Below are positions 1-11,862 of a DNA stretch of 64,000 nt, in pieces. Under the pieces are notes generated by a model, which saw only the letters and a program-made list of their open reading frames with translations, was not told the origin of the DNA and ran no database searches. The first letter of the stretch is position 1; every line of letters begins with the position of its first letter. The DNA is from Yuukianura sp. NJ FZ-2021 (taxonomy: Eukaryota), in the NCBI GenBank assembly GCA_046563655.1, contig CM102290.1, positions 11,160,001-11,224,000 on the forward strand, in the 5' to 3' direction. The position numbers and the translations under genes are program-made.

Positions 1-3000
1 AGTTTGTGTAGTAAAGGAGCACGGTTTTCACCAGAGGCAAAGCAGGAGTGAGCGTAATGCAGCAGTAGAGTGAAAAGTGTGCGCAAAGTCGTGGCGGTTT
101 TTTTTCAAAAGTTCATTTTGAATGGAGAAAGCGTCCGCCAGCCAACTAAAGCTAAAAGGGAAAGCCTTGTCTCATTTCCACTTTCACTCCCCAACCCTAA
201 TCCTACTCATAAATTCTCAATTGCACTTGGACTACTGTCTAACCTAACCCTATCCAATGGCACGTCTTTGGCAAGTGCGCTGGCGCATGCGCACGTCCGT
301 TTTGTGCTAACTAGATACCATTCATCTGCTTTGGTATATACATGGAGATCTGTGGGGGCGGGGCACCGGCTTAATTAGCACGCTGATTAGCTTCTTAGTT
401 GTTTTTTCTTTGAAAAAAAAACATAACACTAATGGGTACAACGATTTGCTTTGAAGTCCTACGACCTTGAATTTGTTTGAAAGACTTGTTAATCATTTAA
501 TGCAAAAAAAAAAACGTTTTCTTGAAAAAGAAGAAAGTTGATTTTTCAAAAAGAATATAAACCGCTAAAGCTGTTGTCTTTTTCATTTCTTTCTTGGAAA
601 AGTTATAAATCATTTGGATCAACGTGAGACACTTTCTAATTCCGGATATTGACATTTCAGCAGTGCTCGAAGATACTGACGATTCAAAGTTCGCGGTCTT
701 ATTAAAGAATTGCAACGATTTTCAAAAATTTGCATGCGGGATATACAACGATTTTTAAAAATCGCTCGCTTCATGGAGAAGGATTTTCAAAATTTGCCGA
801 CTTTCTGGCAAAATATTTCCAGAATTTTTAGAGTTTTTGCTAAAATTCGCTTCGAAGCACGTAAAGTGTTAATGCCAAAATCGTTTTTGGGAACTACATG
901 TTTGAGAACTCACGCTTTTTTCTTGCTTTTTGTATAATCCCGCTCCTGAGTATTGGATAGAAGGAGCAATATGCTCCCAGTTTTTATGATTCAAGTTAAT
1001 CGATTAATGCAACTTCTCTCCCTGCTCTCCCAGCTACTGCATGAGCTTTTGTAGGCCTGGATACACACGATCGTCTGCCTGTAAGTATACATTCTACGTG
1101 TTTTTTTCATTGCCAACTGCAACCCCATCCCCGATTCTTTTGTCTCCCGGATCCGAAATTTCGGTTCTTTTTCACACCCTTTGGCAACCAAACGATCCAC
1201 ATCCACGCGGAAATTGTTGAAAGACTTACAACCTCAAAATTTCAAAATGAGTCTGTAAATGTTTAAAATTCCTAAAAGAATGTAAGGAGCCTTAAAATTT
1301 TAAAATAAGTTTAAACAATTTTGAAATTTTGAATTCCGAAGCTTTTACTAGGCCCAGATGATGAGTTATAAAGTGGATTGGATGTTTGGTATAAAAATTT
1401 AACGTAAACAGTATTTTGATGTTTTGATTATTGAATTTGAGTTTTAAGCTAAGTTGTTTACGTTTTTCTTTGAAAGTAAGCGCCGCTCAGTTTTGAACAG
1501 AATGTTGGATGCAGTTTAATTAGTGAAACGATTTGATCACTTTGAACAAAGTGCGTGGTTCCCTTTTAAGTCCCCCCTCTGCCTGCTGCAGCCCTTCAAC
1601 AATGACTCACACTGTGCAAATGCAAATTGCGTTTTTACTCGCACAATGATCAAAGGGCCTGGGGAGATTTTTTTTGGAGCTTCTGGTCTGAAACGAGTTC
1701 CTTGTTTTAAAAATTGATCCATACCAAACACGTTTTAAAAAAAAATCGAAATTTTTAAAAATCTGAAACAAGATAAGTTTCAAAACTTTGCTATTCTGCG
1801 TGCGTGCCACAACTGGACAACTGTCACGATGTTTAATTGAACACCTTGAGGAATTTTTTGAAAACCAAAACAAACAAAGCAAGCATTATGCTTATGTGTG
1901 AGTTGGATTTAAAAATTTTAATTTCTTTGTGGTAGGCATATGCCCCGTTAAATTTGGAACTTCCGATTTTGAATTTGAAGATCAAAAATGTTAACAATTT
2001 AAACTAGATTTGAAAAGTTTCATCGAACACGTTCTGAATTTTTGTTGAATTGGAGATTCTTAAATCTGGAAACTTTTTTGTTGCCGAAATGGGAATCAAA
2101 TCTTGGGAACCAAAGTGTAGTAACCGAAGTAATAATTTATTTAAGCAGTACGACATAACTCAAAACACACAAAATGGATTCGAAAACTAGAAAAGTTTGT
2201 AAGTTTGAAAACTTCAAAACCTCAGACTCAGACTCCAAACTCTGAGAAATAAGGGTGGAAAAGCATATTTTTTTCAAACCTGAAAAAGAAAGTTTCAAAA
2301 TGAAAGCTCTTCAAAAACAGAGGAACCTCCATATCCGTATAAAAGCAACTGAAACTAAGAAAAAAGCAGAAAAAATTAAAACCTATAATGCATTGCTTGT
2401 CACTTTTTCCCTTGCTTTCTTCTGAGAAAATTTGTCATAGGACACCAAATTCAAAATTTCCTTCGACTTGTCAAACTATATTTACTCTAACCTAATCGGC
2501 GTTATGCTAATGTCCCACCTACGACAAACTCTTTCCGGTGAAAGTTGTTGGCAAAAACCTACTTCAAGTTTTTTTTTTGTTGAGAAATATGTTGTAATAA
2601 CCGTTTTCAAAAGAAAGTAAACAAAAAATCGATTCTTATTTAGACAAAAGTAACATTTTAGAACTACTCTCGCTTTCTTTTTTCAAGTTAGCTTACGCGT
2701 GATTTAAAATAATTCAAGCTATCTAAACGTTTGTTATGGTTTTAAACTAGAAGTACATAATTGTTTCTACTTTTGAAAAACTTCGCTTTCTCCAGAGCTT
2801 TTTTTTCTTCAAAAAACCTAATAAGATGAGATTTTTTTCCGAAATATCACTTGAGAAACGTGTATTGCTATAAATAACATTAATTGAAACTGAAATGAAC
2901 AACTGAGAAATCAAAAAACTGAAGAGATTTTCAAAAAAGGAGTAGTTTAATATATAGATAGAATTTCTTAGGGAATTTGGTGAAAGTACGAGAGTGAAAG

Positions 3001-3415
3001 AATGGCAGTTACCCAGAGGAGATTCGTGGGTCCTTGGCTACTTGTTCTGCGAGTGGCGGAGAGCCCGAACCAAGGGAACAGAAGAAGTAAGGGGGTACTT
3101 GAAACTGAAAAGGGGGACTTAAGGGTATGTCTGCTGACCTTTGGAAACGGAAAGACAAAGATGAACAAAGGGAGGAAGAAAAGAAGTGAAACGTCTAAGA
3201 CTGAAAACGGACTTAAGAGAGAAACAACAACTGAACGAACGGAGAGCGGCCGAGTCACGGTGTGTGCAGGAACTAAATGACACACCACCACTCCCTCCCG
3301 GACCTCTTCTACCGTTCGACCCCAGCAAGACCCCGCCCCCGCTCCAGCCACCACCAAAGACCCACCGGCTAAACCCACCCACCAACACCACCATTCTACT
3401 CCTCCACTCTTCGAC

Positions 3416-3428
3416 GTTGCTTGGCAAC
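3416..3428. promoter_or_regulatory. Candidate RFX X-box
   Basis: GTTGCTTGGCAAC is an imperfect palindrome matching the 13-bp X-box form, upstream of a gene from a cilia-associated family. Motif match only. Confidence 0.4.
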
Positions 3429-4170
3429 AGCTTAATTCTGGGCTGAAAGTGTGACCTCCAGCCCCACGGGGGTGTGTGGACGTGACCCCTTGTGTGGAAC
3501 TACTTGCTTGGGCGTAGGGTTATGTCGCCTATGGTTAGGGTGTTCATCCGAAAGTCGGTTCTCAAAGAAGGGAGAAAATCGATTTGATCCGAAGGGGCAG
3601 TGTGCGGGAGTGCGGGGAAAGCAGGAGGAGGGAGGCTGAATGGGGAGAAAGCACGGACGAAAAATTCCCTTAAAACTTTGGGTTTCTCCTGTTGATTCAC
3701 TGTGCGCCCGATTTCCTTCTCTTTCTTTAATGCTTATGCTGCTGGTTGGGAATGTCCACAACAAAAAAACGTGAATCACAAAAACGACGCCTTTTCCGAG
3801 ACAATAGAAAATTGGTTTTTGGAAATTGCGGCTCATTTTCATAAAAAGCATTTCATTGGACAGTGACACGGTGTAGTCACGGTGGTGTTTAGGTCTAAAC
3901 AATTTTAACGCCAGAAAACGAATAAACCTGAAGGGAAAAATGAATAGTTGGATTTTGGACGTTAGACGAGGGAGAAACGCGGATGCAGATTTGGCGCAGA
4001 AAAGTGTCGTAGATCTTTGTGTTGCGGTGATTACCTGCTTAGACCAATCAGAAACTTCAGAATCAAGGTTGCTCAAACGTGCTGCATGTCGGCAACGCCG
4101 GAAGCCCATGAGGGTAAGAAGCGTTTTAACATTGGCCTTTGACCTGTCAAGGTCACCACTTAACGTTTCC

Positions 4171-4183
4171 GTTGCCTAGAAAC
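4171..4183. promoter_or_regulatory. Candidate RFX X-box
   Basis: GTTGCCTAGAAAC lies just downstream of a donor-like GTAAGA at 4114. Motif match only. Confidence 0.35.
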
Positions 4184-5288
4184 TTTGTAGAAGCCTGTAA
4201 ACTAGCAAAATTTGAAAAGACCATAAAACAATTTTTAAAATAATAATACAAAAGTTAGTTTTTTTTTTTGAAAACTAACTACACTACAAAAAGTGGAAGA
4301 AAGAAAGCAACTCCAAAGACAGAAAACTGTTGGAAACTACAAAGGAATTTTTCGAAAAAGGCGAAATGGAAAAGAAGCCACACAAATTTTCGTTTTGCTT
4401 TTTCAAGAGTACCTGTGGAATAGGAACAACAAAATTCTAAAGGTTTTTTTTTTATTGAAAAGGGACCCAAAAGTGTAAATTAATTTTTGTAGGGCTTTTT
4501 TAACAATTTTTTGTTCATAATATATATGCTGGTGGAAGCTGGAGTAAAAAGAGTGTTCTGGAAGTGACAACTTGTAGTGTTACATCCAGAACCAAAGGGA
4601 AAGGAAGCGAGAGTACTTTTGAAGTTCTTTTGAAATTTAAACACTCCCGCCCTTTTTTCTTGGGGATCATTTTCTTGAACAAGGTCTGTTCTGAACAGAT
4701 CTTGTTCTGAACATGGAGATGGTCTAAAGAATTCGTGATTGGGATATTGGATTATTTCCAAAATTGGATTTTCATTCACTCCATCATCGCACCACCGGCA
4801 AGGCAGTACAATGCCCATCTTTTCCTTCGCGGCAAATTTCAAAACCTCTCAAGATTCTCATCTTCAGCAGCATCCAGCATTCCCTGCATTTCTCCACTTT
4901 CACTATACGCTTTCTTCAATAGAACAGGAATGAGTCGTACCAAAAAACTTTGAAATCGCTCATTTAGTACCGTCACATTCCGTGCAAAACTTGGGCGCAT
5001 TTTGCATTTAGCACAGAAAAAAACTTTACTAAAACAAGAATTCAAAGTCTGAAATTAAGCTCAAAGAATACGATTATCCAAATCTAGCCTGACTCTTAAT
5101 CCACCTAATACAACACCTTGACTCTTCAAGTCTCAAAAACTTAAAAACAAAAATCAAAATCCAATTTTGGCTAAACCCCCACCACTGGGATTTTGTTTTT
5201 TAACAAAAAATAGATGAGTTTTTTTGGTATTCAGTATAATAACATGCAATTAATGGCAATCTTAAGTGACGCGTTGAATATTACTATA

Positions 5289-5462
5289 CTCTAAATTTCA
5301 TATTAAATTTCTAGCTTTTTGAAATTTGGAATTTTCCTTATATTATTCTCTAAATTTCATATTAAATTTCTAGCTTTTTGAAATTCGAAGATTTCCTTAT
5401 ATTATAACTCTAAATTTCATATTAAATTTCTAGCTTTTTGAAAGTTGAAATTTTTCTTATAA
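5289..5462. repeat. Three-copy 59/60-bp tandem repeat
   Basis: CTCTAAATTTCATATTAAATTTCTAGCTTTTTGAAA... starts at 5289, 5348 and 5408. Confidence 0.9.
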
Positions 5463-6254
5463 TATTATTTACTTATTATACTTGAATTGTTTATAATGAA
5501 CTTCCCTCGGGGAATTTGTGTCGCAACGGGTTGACCTTTGACCCTTACGGTGAAAATGTTAGGTTAGAGTCGACAGACGTGTAGGATTGATGTGAGTTAA
5601 GGTGCCAAAGGGAGCGGCAGTGTGTGGGCGTGAGGACTTGAATCCATGAATAACTCAAGCAAAAGGCAAAGAAAGTGGGGAAAAGCCTTTTCGAACTTTC
5701 CCTCTCGGCATTTTTTAAGATTAAACCTAGGAAAAGCGGCAAAAGATGTTTTCATTTCCGTTTGTAAATTCCCACCGGAGTACAAGGCGTAAGATCTATA
5801 TCGCCGGTGGGACTTTTTACTTTTCAAAATTTCCTAACCTCTGAGTCGGGTTAAATAAATTTATGGAAGCGAAGCAAATGTGTTCACATTTTTGATTTTG
5901 GGGGATTTTGCTCGTGTGATATTGATTAGTTTTTGGAAACAAGAACACTTTTCAAGAGAAGTTTTCTGTTTGATTCCAAACGAAGAGGTCACTTGGTCTT
6001 GGAACCTGATACAACCAGGCACTTCCAGTCAAACCTACCTTCGCACAGCGGCGAAAAAAAGAGGAAACTTCAGTTTCAAGCCAGTTTCGCACTGGAAAAG
6101 TCACTTTCGCTGTTTCTGAGTGTTAAGAAGTCAAATGTGACACACTTTAAGTCAAATTGCTGATGCTGCGTTGGTTCAGCGATAGTGAACCTGAACAAGG
6201 TCATTGACCTTTAATTTCCGCGTGAAGCCTTGCTTAAGTTTGACAGTTTGAGTG

Positions 6255-6318
6255 ATGGATCTAATGGAACCTTGGGATCCGCTTGACCATCCTCCTCGCA
6301 TCGAAATTAGAAGACAAG
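6255..6318 (+). CDS. Putative first coding exon of the CCP6-like gene (MDLMEPWDPLDHPPRIEIRRQ-)
   Basis: ATG at 6255 is open to the donor CAAG|GTAAAA at 6319. Its phase 1 matches the acceptor at 7341/7342. There is an in-frame stop just upstream and an acceptor-like TTTGACAG at 6239-6246. No homology support. Confidence 0.5.
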
Positions 6319-9300
6319 GTAAAATTACTCAATTGTAAATCGGCAGAACCGTCGGAGGTCAAAGTTCAAACATTTCCTCCCGGGTGGTTTTTCCCTGCTA
6401 TTGTTGATGAGTCAAAAAGTCAAACGTCATAGTTGTAGCCTATTAGCACAATCAGGGCAGCATTCAGCCTCAAGCATTACTGTACTGTATTAGCTTTATA
6501 CTTGTTTGACCTCCACCACCTTCAGGTCAATGATCAAATTTCAAAACTTGTAATAGAGCTGAATGACCTTGAAGCCTGGGCCAGTTTTCAGCATCAGTAC
6601 AACTAACGTTAGTAAATGTCAAAAATTAGCCAGTCGCCACGTTGAACTTGGAGCGTTACTTATTTGAGAGGTCAAAGGTCCTTGTGCCATGTCCTTTAAA
6701 GCCAAGGGAGGCCAGAGTAATTGAGAAGTAAGAAAAAAACTCGGACTTTTGGAAAATGAAATTTGAAACTTTTTTTAACAGTAAATAAAATCCCTATTGA
6801 TTTTCCCAGGATTGTGAGAGATCTTTTAGTGAAAGTTGTGCTTGTTCTCTTCACTTTCTTTGATCTTGGATGGATTTTGAGGTTGGAGCTAAGTAGCATC
6901 TTTAGCTCTTGGCCAAAATCTCGTTCTCTTCCGATTTTTTTTGAGAAACTAGATCCTACAGGAAATTGGATCTAATCGTCCATGTGAAGAAGCAGTTTCA
7001 AAACCAACATACTAGAAGTGAAACAGAGGAAAAGTGGTTCAAATTCAAAGCAAAATCAAACACAACATCCCATATCCTCGGAGGGAAATTCCAAATTGAA
7101 ACTCAATTTCTCGAAATTTAATGTTCACGTATCGTTCACGCATGAATCGCTTACCGCACATTTTCAAATCTAAAAAAGGATTTCAAAAACTTAATAAAAA
7201 TCGGAACTTTCCGTCTAAAAATGAAATAGAAGATTCTAAATCGAAAAAAAAGCTTTACGGATTCTTGACATGCGACTTTCTCTTTTGTGTTTTATTTTTT
7301 ATGTTGTTCATTTTGTTTGAAGGTTTTAAATTTTTTTGTAGACAGTGACGATAGTGATGCAGAAGGAGGACTGGGAAATGTTACGCGTGTTGTTCTGCGA
7401 CCTCCAGGTCATTCTGGAAAGGCTAAGCGAGGTCACCTATCATTTGACGCTTCCTTTGAAACCGGTAATCAATTGAAACCAAACCACCCTAGGTTAACCC
7501 CAAGCGTTTTTTTTTAACTCAGTTTGTGACCTTTGACCTTTGATATTTTTTCAGGAAACCTTGGGCGGGTAGATTTCATTTCAGAATTTGAGTACGACTT
7601 GTTCATACGTCCGGACACTTGCAACCCGCGTTACCGCCTTTGGTTCAACTTTGTTGTCGACAACGTCCGTGCCGACCAGCGCGTCATCTTCAACATCGTC
7701 AACCTATCCAAGCCTAGAAACTTGTTTTCTAGCGGAATGACTCCATTGGTCAAAACGACCAGTCGACCAAGATGGTTCTTTGACATGCTTAGTTAGCCTA
7801 AATTAATATCGTGAATACATTAACTTAAATTTAGATGAGATAGTTTAATCTGATTGAAATTGATAGCTAACTTAACATATTGACATTTAGGCAGCGGTTG
7901 GGAGACAAGTACGTGTACTACCATAAGTCACCGGAACATCGTAATCACTACATCCTCTCTTTTGCCTTTGTGTTTGACCGTGAAGATGACGTATACCAAT
8001 TCGCATTGACGTTCCCTTACTCCTACGCTCGACTGGATCTACACTTGACCTTTCTTCTGGAAAAGAACTTGCCTTGGCTCACCGTTCAAACTCTGGCAAA
8101 ATCACTCGTACGGTTTAGTTATCTGTGTTAACTATATACATGTATACGGAAATCTAGCCTAAAAAAATATAAAATATAGTATTTTACCATCTTTCTTGAC
8201 TTAACGTAACATTATTGTATTTCACGTATAATCTGTTGTAATACTAATGCGGAGATGTAAGTCCGCTACTGCATAGTTATCGACTGGTTTTCAAGGGAGG
8301 GATATGAGGGGAGATCCGTCCCATCAACACAGATTTGTTTTTCACTTTCGTCCCAACCCCGCTGAAAAAATTTTTTCACAAAAAAGAAAAAAGAATTTTT
8401 TTTGACCAAATTTTTCAAAAAATTTAGTTCTTCCTTCTCACTGTTTCAAATTTTATAAATGTTATAACACTGTCCTAATCATACCTTTGTCTTAATTTTT
8501 AGCAAAGTCGTGAGGTTCGAATTTACACAATTTGTAACCCGAGTATTCTGGATAAGAAACCGAAAACAGTCGTTCTTATGAGTAGGATTCATGCAGGAGA
8601 TTCACCTACGTCATATGTTGTTCAAGGTAAGTTATACAAAGTATACTCCATCAAATTATATATAAATTAATACAATAATATAAAAAGTTAATTCTTTTTG
8701 TAACTACAAAATGGAAAGGACTCATAGACTTTCTGCTGAGTAGTCACCCCATGTCGGGCGTCATACGAGACCATGTTGTCATCAAGATAATTCCAATGGT
8801 CAATCCAGATGGCGTCTTCATTGGAAATCAGCGGTAATTTTAATTTTCAGAACTTTAACTCTCACATTGCATTTTTTTCTTACATTATTTGTTGATTTCA
8901 GAACTTCACTAATGGGATACGACCTTAACCGACACTGGAATCAAATATCGCCTTTCGCTCATCCCGTCCTTCATTCGCTCAAAAACTACTTCCAAGAATT
9001 AGATCGGGATAAGGTTATTATGTCAAAAAAATTGTTTTAAAATTTAAAAAATTTCCGAAAAATCAAATTTTATTTTTTTAGACAATTGAATTAGATATGA
9101 TATTTGACCTTCATGCTGATACCGGCCTCCTTGGAACATTCATCTACGGCAATTCCTACGAAGACGTTTATCGGTGGACATAAAAACCAAAATATTTAAC
9201 ATCTTTGTTTTTGGAGTTTTGATTTTTGTTCAAAATCTGGAATTGGGTGTGTTTTTTTAGATTTGAAAGACACATTTTGTTTCCAAAACTCTTGGCTCAC

Positions 9301-11862
9301 AATACGGAAGACTACAACGTCAACTACACAATGTACAATCGTGATCCTCACAAAGCTGCTACAGCTCGGCGTTACCTCTGCGACAACCTTCGAAGTGGCG
9401 TTAACATCTACACGCTGCAAATTTCAATCTACGGCTACATCCAACAGGTCAACGGAGTCAGCCACACTGTTCCATACAACGAAGACTCATGTAAGTAATA
9501 CCAACATAAGGTTAAGCTTTGACCCTACCGTCAAGGTTCCTTGACAACGAAATGTTAATTTTCTTTAGCAGGCTGAGTACTACCTCGCTTGTTGACAAAA
9601 AAATGAAAAAAAAAGTGGTACCAATTCGTATGGAAATTTTTTGTTAAATTTGGCTGTATTATCATGACTACGATGCACTGAAATGAAAAGTTGCAAAATC
9701 GAAATAGCCATAAGAGGTAGAAAGGCCAAAGGGTGGAGAAAAGTGTTTATGAATACTTTCTCTTCCCCTCAGCTCCCCCCCCTCTCCGATGTTTATCGGC
9801 CTCACAGTTTCGCCGAAGCCGTGAGATTTGGATAGTGGGGTTTTCAGTGGGGTGACCGCTGGTATAGCTTAGGTGTAATGTTGAGTGATTTCTCTTCCCG
9901 CCATCACCGGATATATGGTGATATACGGACTCAGACTCGTACGATTTGATTGGCGGTTGGATTCAGACTCATAGAGCCTGATTGGTTCCATATCTAAACC
10001 TATTCATAAAAACTCTATGACGTGGGGGTGCATTAGTTTGGCCTTTCTACCTCTTATGGCTATTCTTTGAAAAGTTGCAAAATCGAAATAACATGAAGTA
10101 TTACCAGAGGCGCAAAACATATTTTCTTACATATTACATATTTTTATATTTTTAAAAAATATTTCTTGAAAAATAATACAAAAAATACTTAGCAAAATAT
10201 TCTAAGATTTTGCCAAAAAAGTGGCATTTTTGCAACATTTTAGTCACATTTGTCATGCACAAATCGTTTACAAAGGGTCCATGTAGTGTTGGGATAATTT
10301 TTCTTTATATAATTTTCAAAAATAGTCACAACGTAGCCACAACATAGTCACAACATAGCCACAACATAGTCACAATATAGCCACAACATAGTCACAATAT
10401 AGCCACAACATAGTCACAACATAGCCACAACATAGTCACAACATAGTCACAACATAGCCACAACATAGTCACAATATAGCCACAACATAGTCACAACATA
10501 GCCACAACATAGTCACAACATAGCCACAACATAGTCACAACATAGCCACAACATAGTCACAACATAGTCACAACATAGCCACAACATAGTCACAATATAG
10601 CCACAACATAGTCACAACATTTTTACTACATATTTACATACATATTTCACCGGTTCTAACAACATATGTTTTGCGCCTCTGGGTATTACCCAACCTGATG
10701 AAGAAAAGCAAAGTCAACAAACCTTGCCTACGGTTAACTTTTGACCTCAAAGCGTTAGAAACTGACCCTGACTTGGTATATCTTTGTAGATTTCCGACTT
10801 GGCCGAAATTTGGCTCGAACTTTTGCCGAATACTACCGAGTCACGGGTATTATTCCACCGAAAACATATATTGCAGCTATGCCTACACAATTGGGTCCAG
10901 ACGAAGATGCTCAAAAGAAACGAATAGTTCGGAGATCAAGGTCAAGGTCTAAACCCCGAACTCTGCCGAAACAGAAACCTGAAGAACCAAAGGAGGACGA
11001 AGATGATGCTGATGCCACTCGGGTTCTGAAACTGTCCAATCATAAAGCAGAGTTATCCGATAGTTCTAGTGAGAGTATTTACGACTCGGGATCCGAAAAT
11101 GAACGATTCAGTAATCCTGGATCACTCAATCAAGATTTTGGTGAAACCGAAGAGTTCATTTTAACGGAAGCCGTCGCGGAATCTGAAGATGAACGCATGC
11201 GTGAACAAGCAGTGATTCTGGCAAGTCCACAAGGGCTCACGAGTTACAAGCACCAATCAGAAGCTCCCAAGCGACCGACGTTCACCACCTTTGATTTTAG
11301 TGCTCTGACGACAAACAAAGGTCAAATGTTGACGAATTTTGAATTTGCAAGTGGAAGCGAGAAAGGAAGAAAAGTTGGAGGCGGTGGATTTCTGGGAAAA
11401 CACAGTCGAAAATCTACGAACAAAGCTGAGTCCAAATTTTTAATCAGCCAGCCAGAAGAATTTCCAAACTCCCCGTTTCTGACAATAATCGACTTCAATC
11501 AGCTAATCAGAATGGGAGAGGAACAAAAACGTTATGAAACGAACCCAACAACTCATCAACGTAGAGATAAACACAATAATGTACGTATTCGTCGTCAGAG
11601 GTTACGAAGGGTCAAAGGTCAAAGGTCAGTGACAACTGATGGGTCAGGATGGGACGATACGTCTTCTGACTCTGAAGGTGAGAGACAGTTCTTAATCAAC
11701 TACGGTCAGCAGTCTTCGATGATGCAAAATTCCAGCGTAGGCGTAAATCATCACAAAATGAATCTAAATCCAAGGGAGAAAAGACGTAGAGAACGGCGTG
11801 CCCGGCAGGAAGAAATAACTGAACGTAAACTAGGAAATCATGTCACATTTTTAATGAATTAA
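6255..11862 (+). CDS. AGBL4: Cytosolic carboxypeptidase 6-like (M14D, CCP6/AGBL4 family) with substituted catalytic residues; ~789 aa, 10 exons
   Basis: Hand-spliced join(6255..6318,7342..7464,7555..7774,7891..8107,8503..8626,8719..8833,8902..9013,9082..9173,9261..9490,10790..11862). All introns are GT-AG, phases are consistent, total 2370 nt. CCP motifs: PPGHSGKAKRGHLSFDASFETGNLGR, EYDLFIRPDTCNPRYRLWFNF, FPYSY, IIPMVNPDGV, DLNRHW, DLH, FIYGN, YFRLGRNLARTF. Exons 2-10 are well supported; exon 1 is tentative. Confidence 0.9.
9703..10064. mobile_element. MITE-like non-autonomous element with 28-bp perfect terminal inverted repeats, in intron 9 of CCP6-like gene
   Basis: AATAGCCATAAGAGGTAGAAAGGCCAAA (9703-9730) is the exact reverse complement of 10037-10064. 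No internal ORF; the interior is GC-richer than the rest of the intron. Confidence 0.8.
10105..10681. mobile_element. hAT-like MITE (18-bp TIRs starting CAG, near-perfect 8-bp TSD)
   Basis: CAGAGGCGCAAAACATAT (10105-10122) pairs with ATATGTTTTGCGCCTCTG (10664-10681). Flanks are AGTATTAC (10097-10104) and GGTATTAC (10682-10689), a 7/8 match. CAG-start TIRs and 8-bp TSDs are typical of hAT elements. Confidence 0.8.
10322..10620. repeat. 11-bp minisatellite (CACAAYATAGY)n, ~27 copies, inside the hAT-like MITE
   Basis: Directly visible; CACAACATAGT and CACAACATAGC units mostly alternate. Confidence 0.95.

Noticed and set aside
283..292. GCGCATGCGC NRF1/Ewg-like palindrome
   Set aside because: Single short motif with no gene start nearby in the window; it may be a repeat remnant.
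70..1882. Short ORFs and a possible 26-nt microexon at 1055-1080
   Set aside because: No protein similarity and no partner exons identified.
2968..4179. Overlapping ORFs up to 225 aa on both strands
   Set aside because: No recognisable domain; they are explained by locally higher GC and low complexity.
8258..8400. TIR-like AGTCCGCTACTG and GC-rich patch in intron 4
   Set aside because: No partner TIR or TSD found.
6255..11862. Calling the CCP6-like gene a pseudogene
   Set aside because: The reading frame, splice phases and structural motifs are intact across ten exons; the notable changes are at active-site residues.
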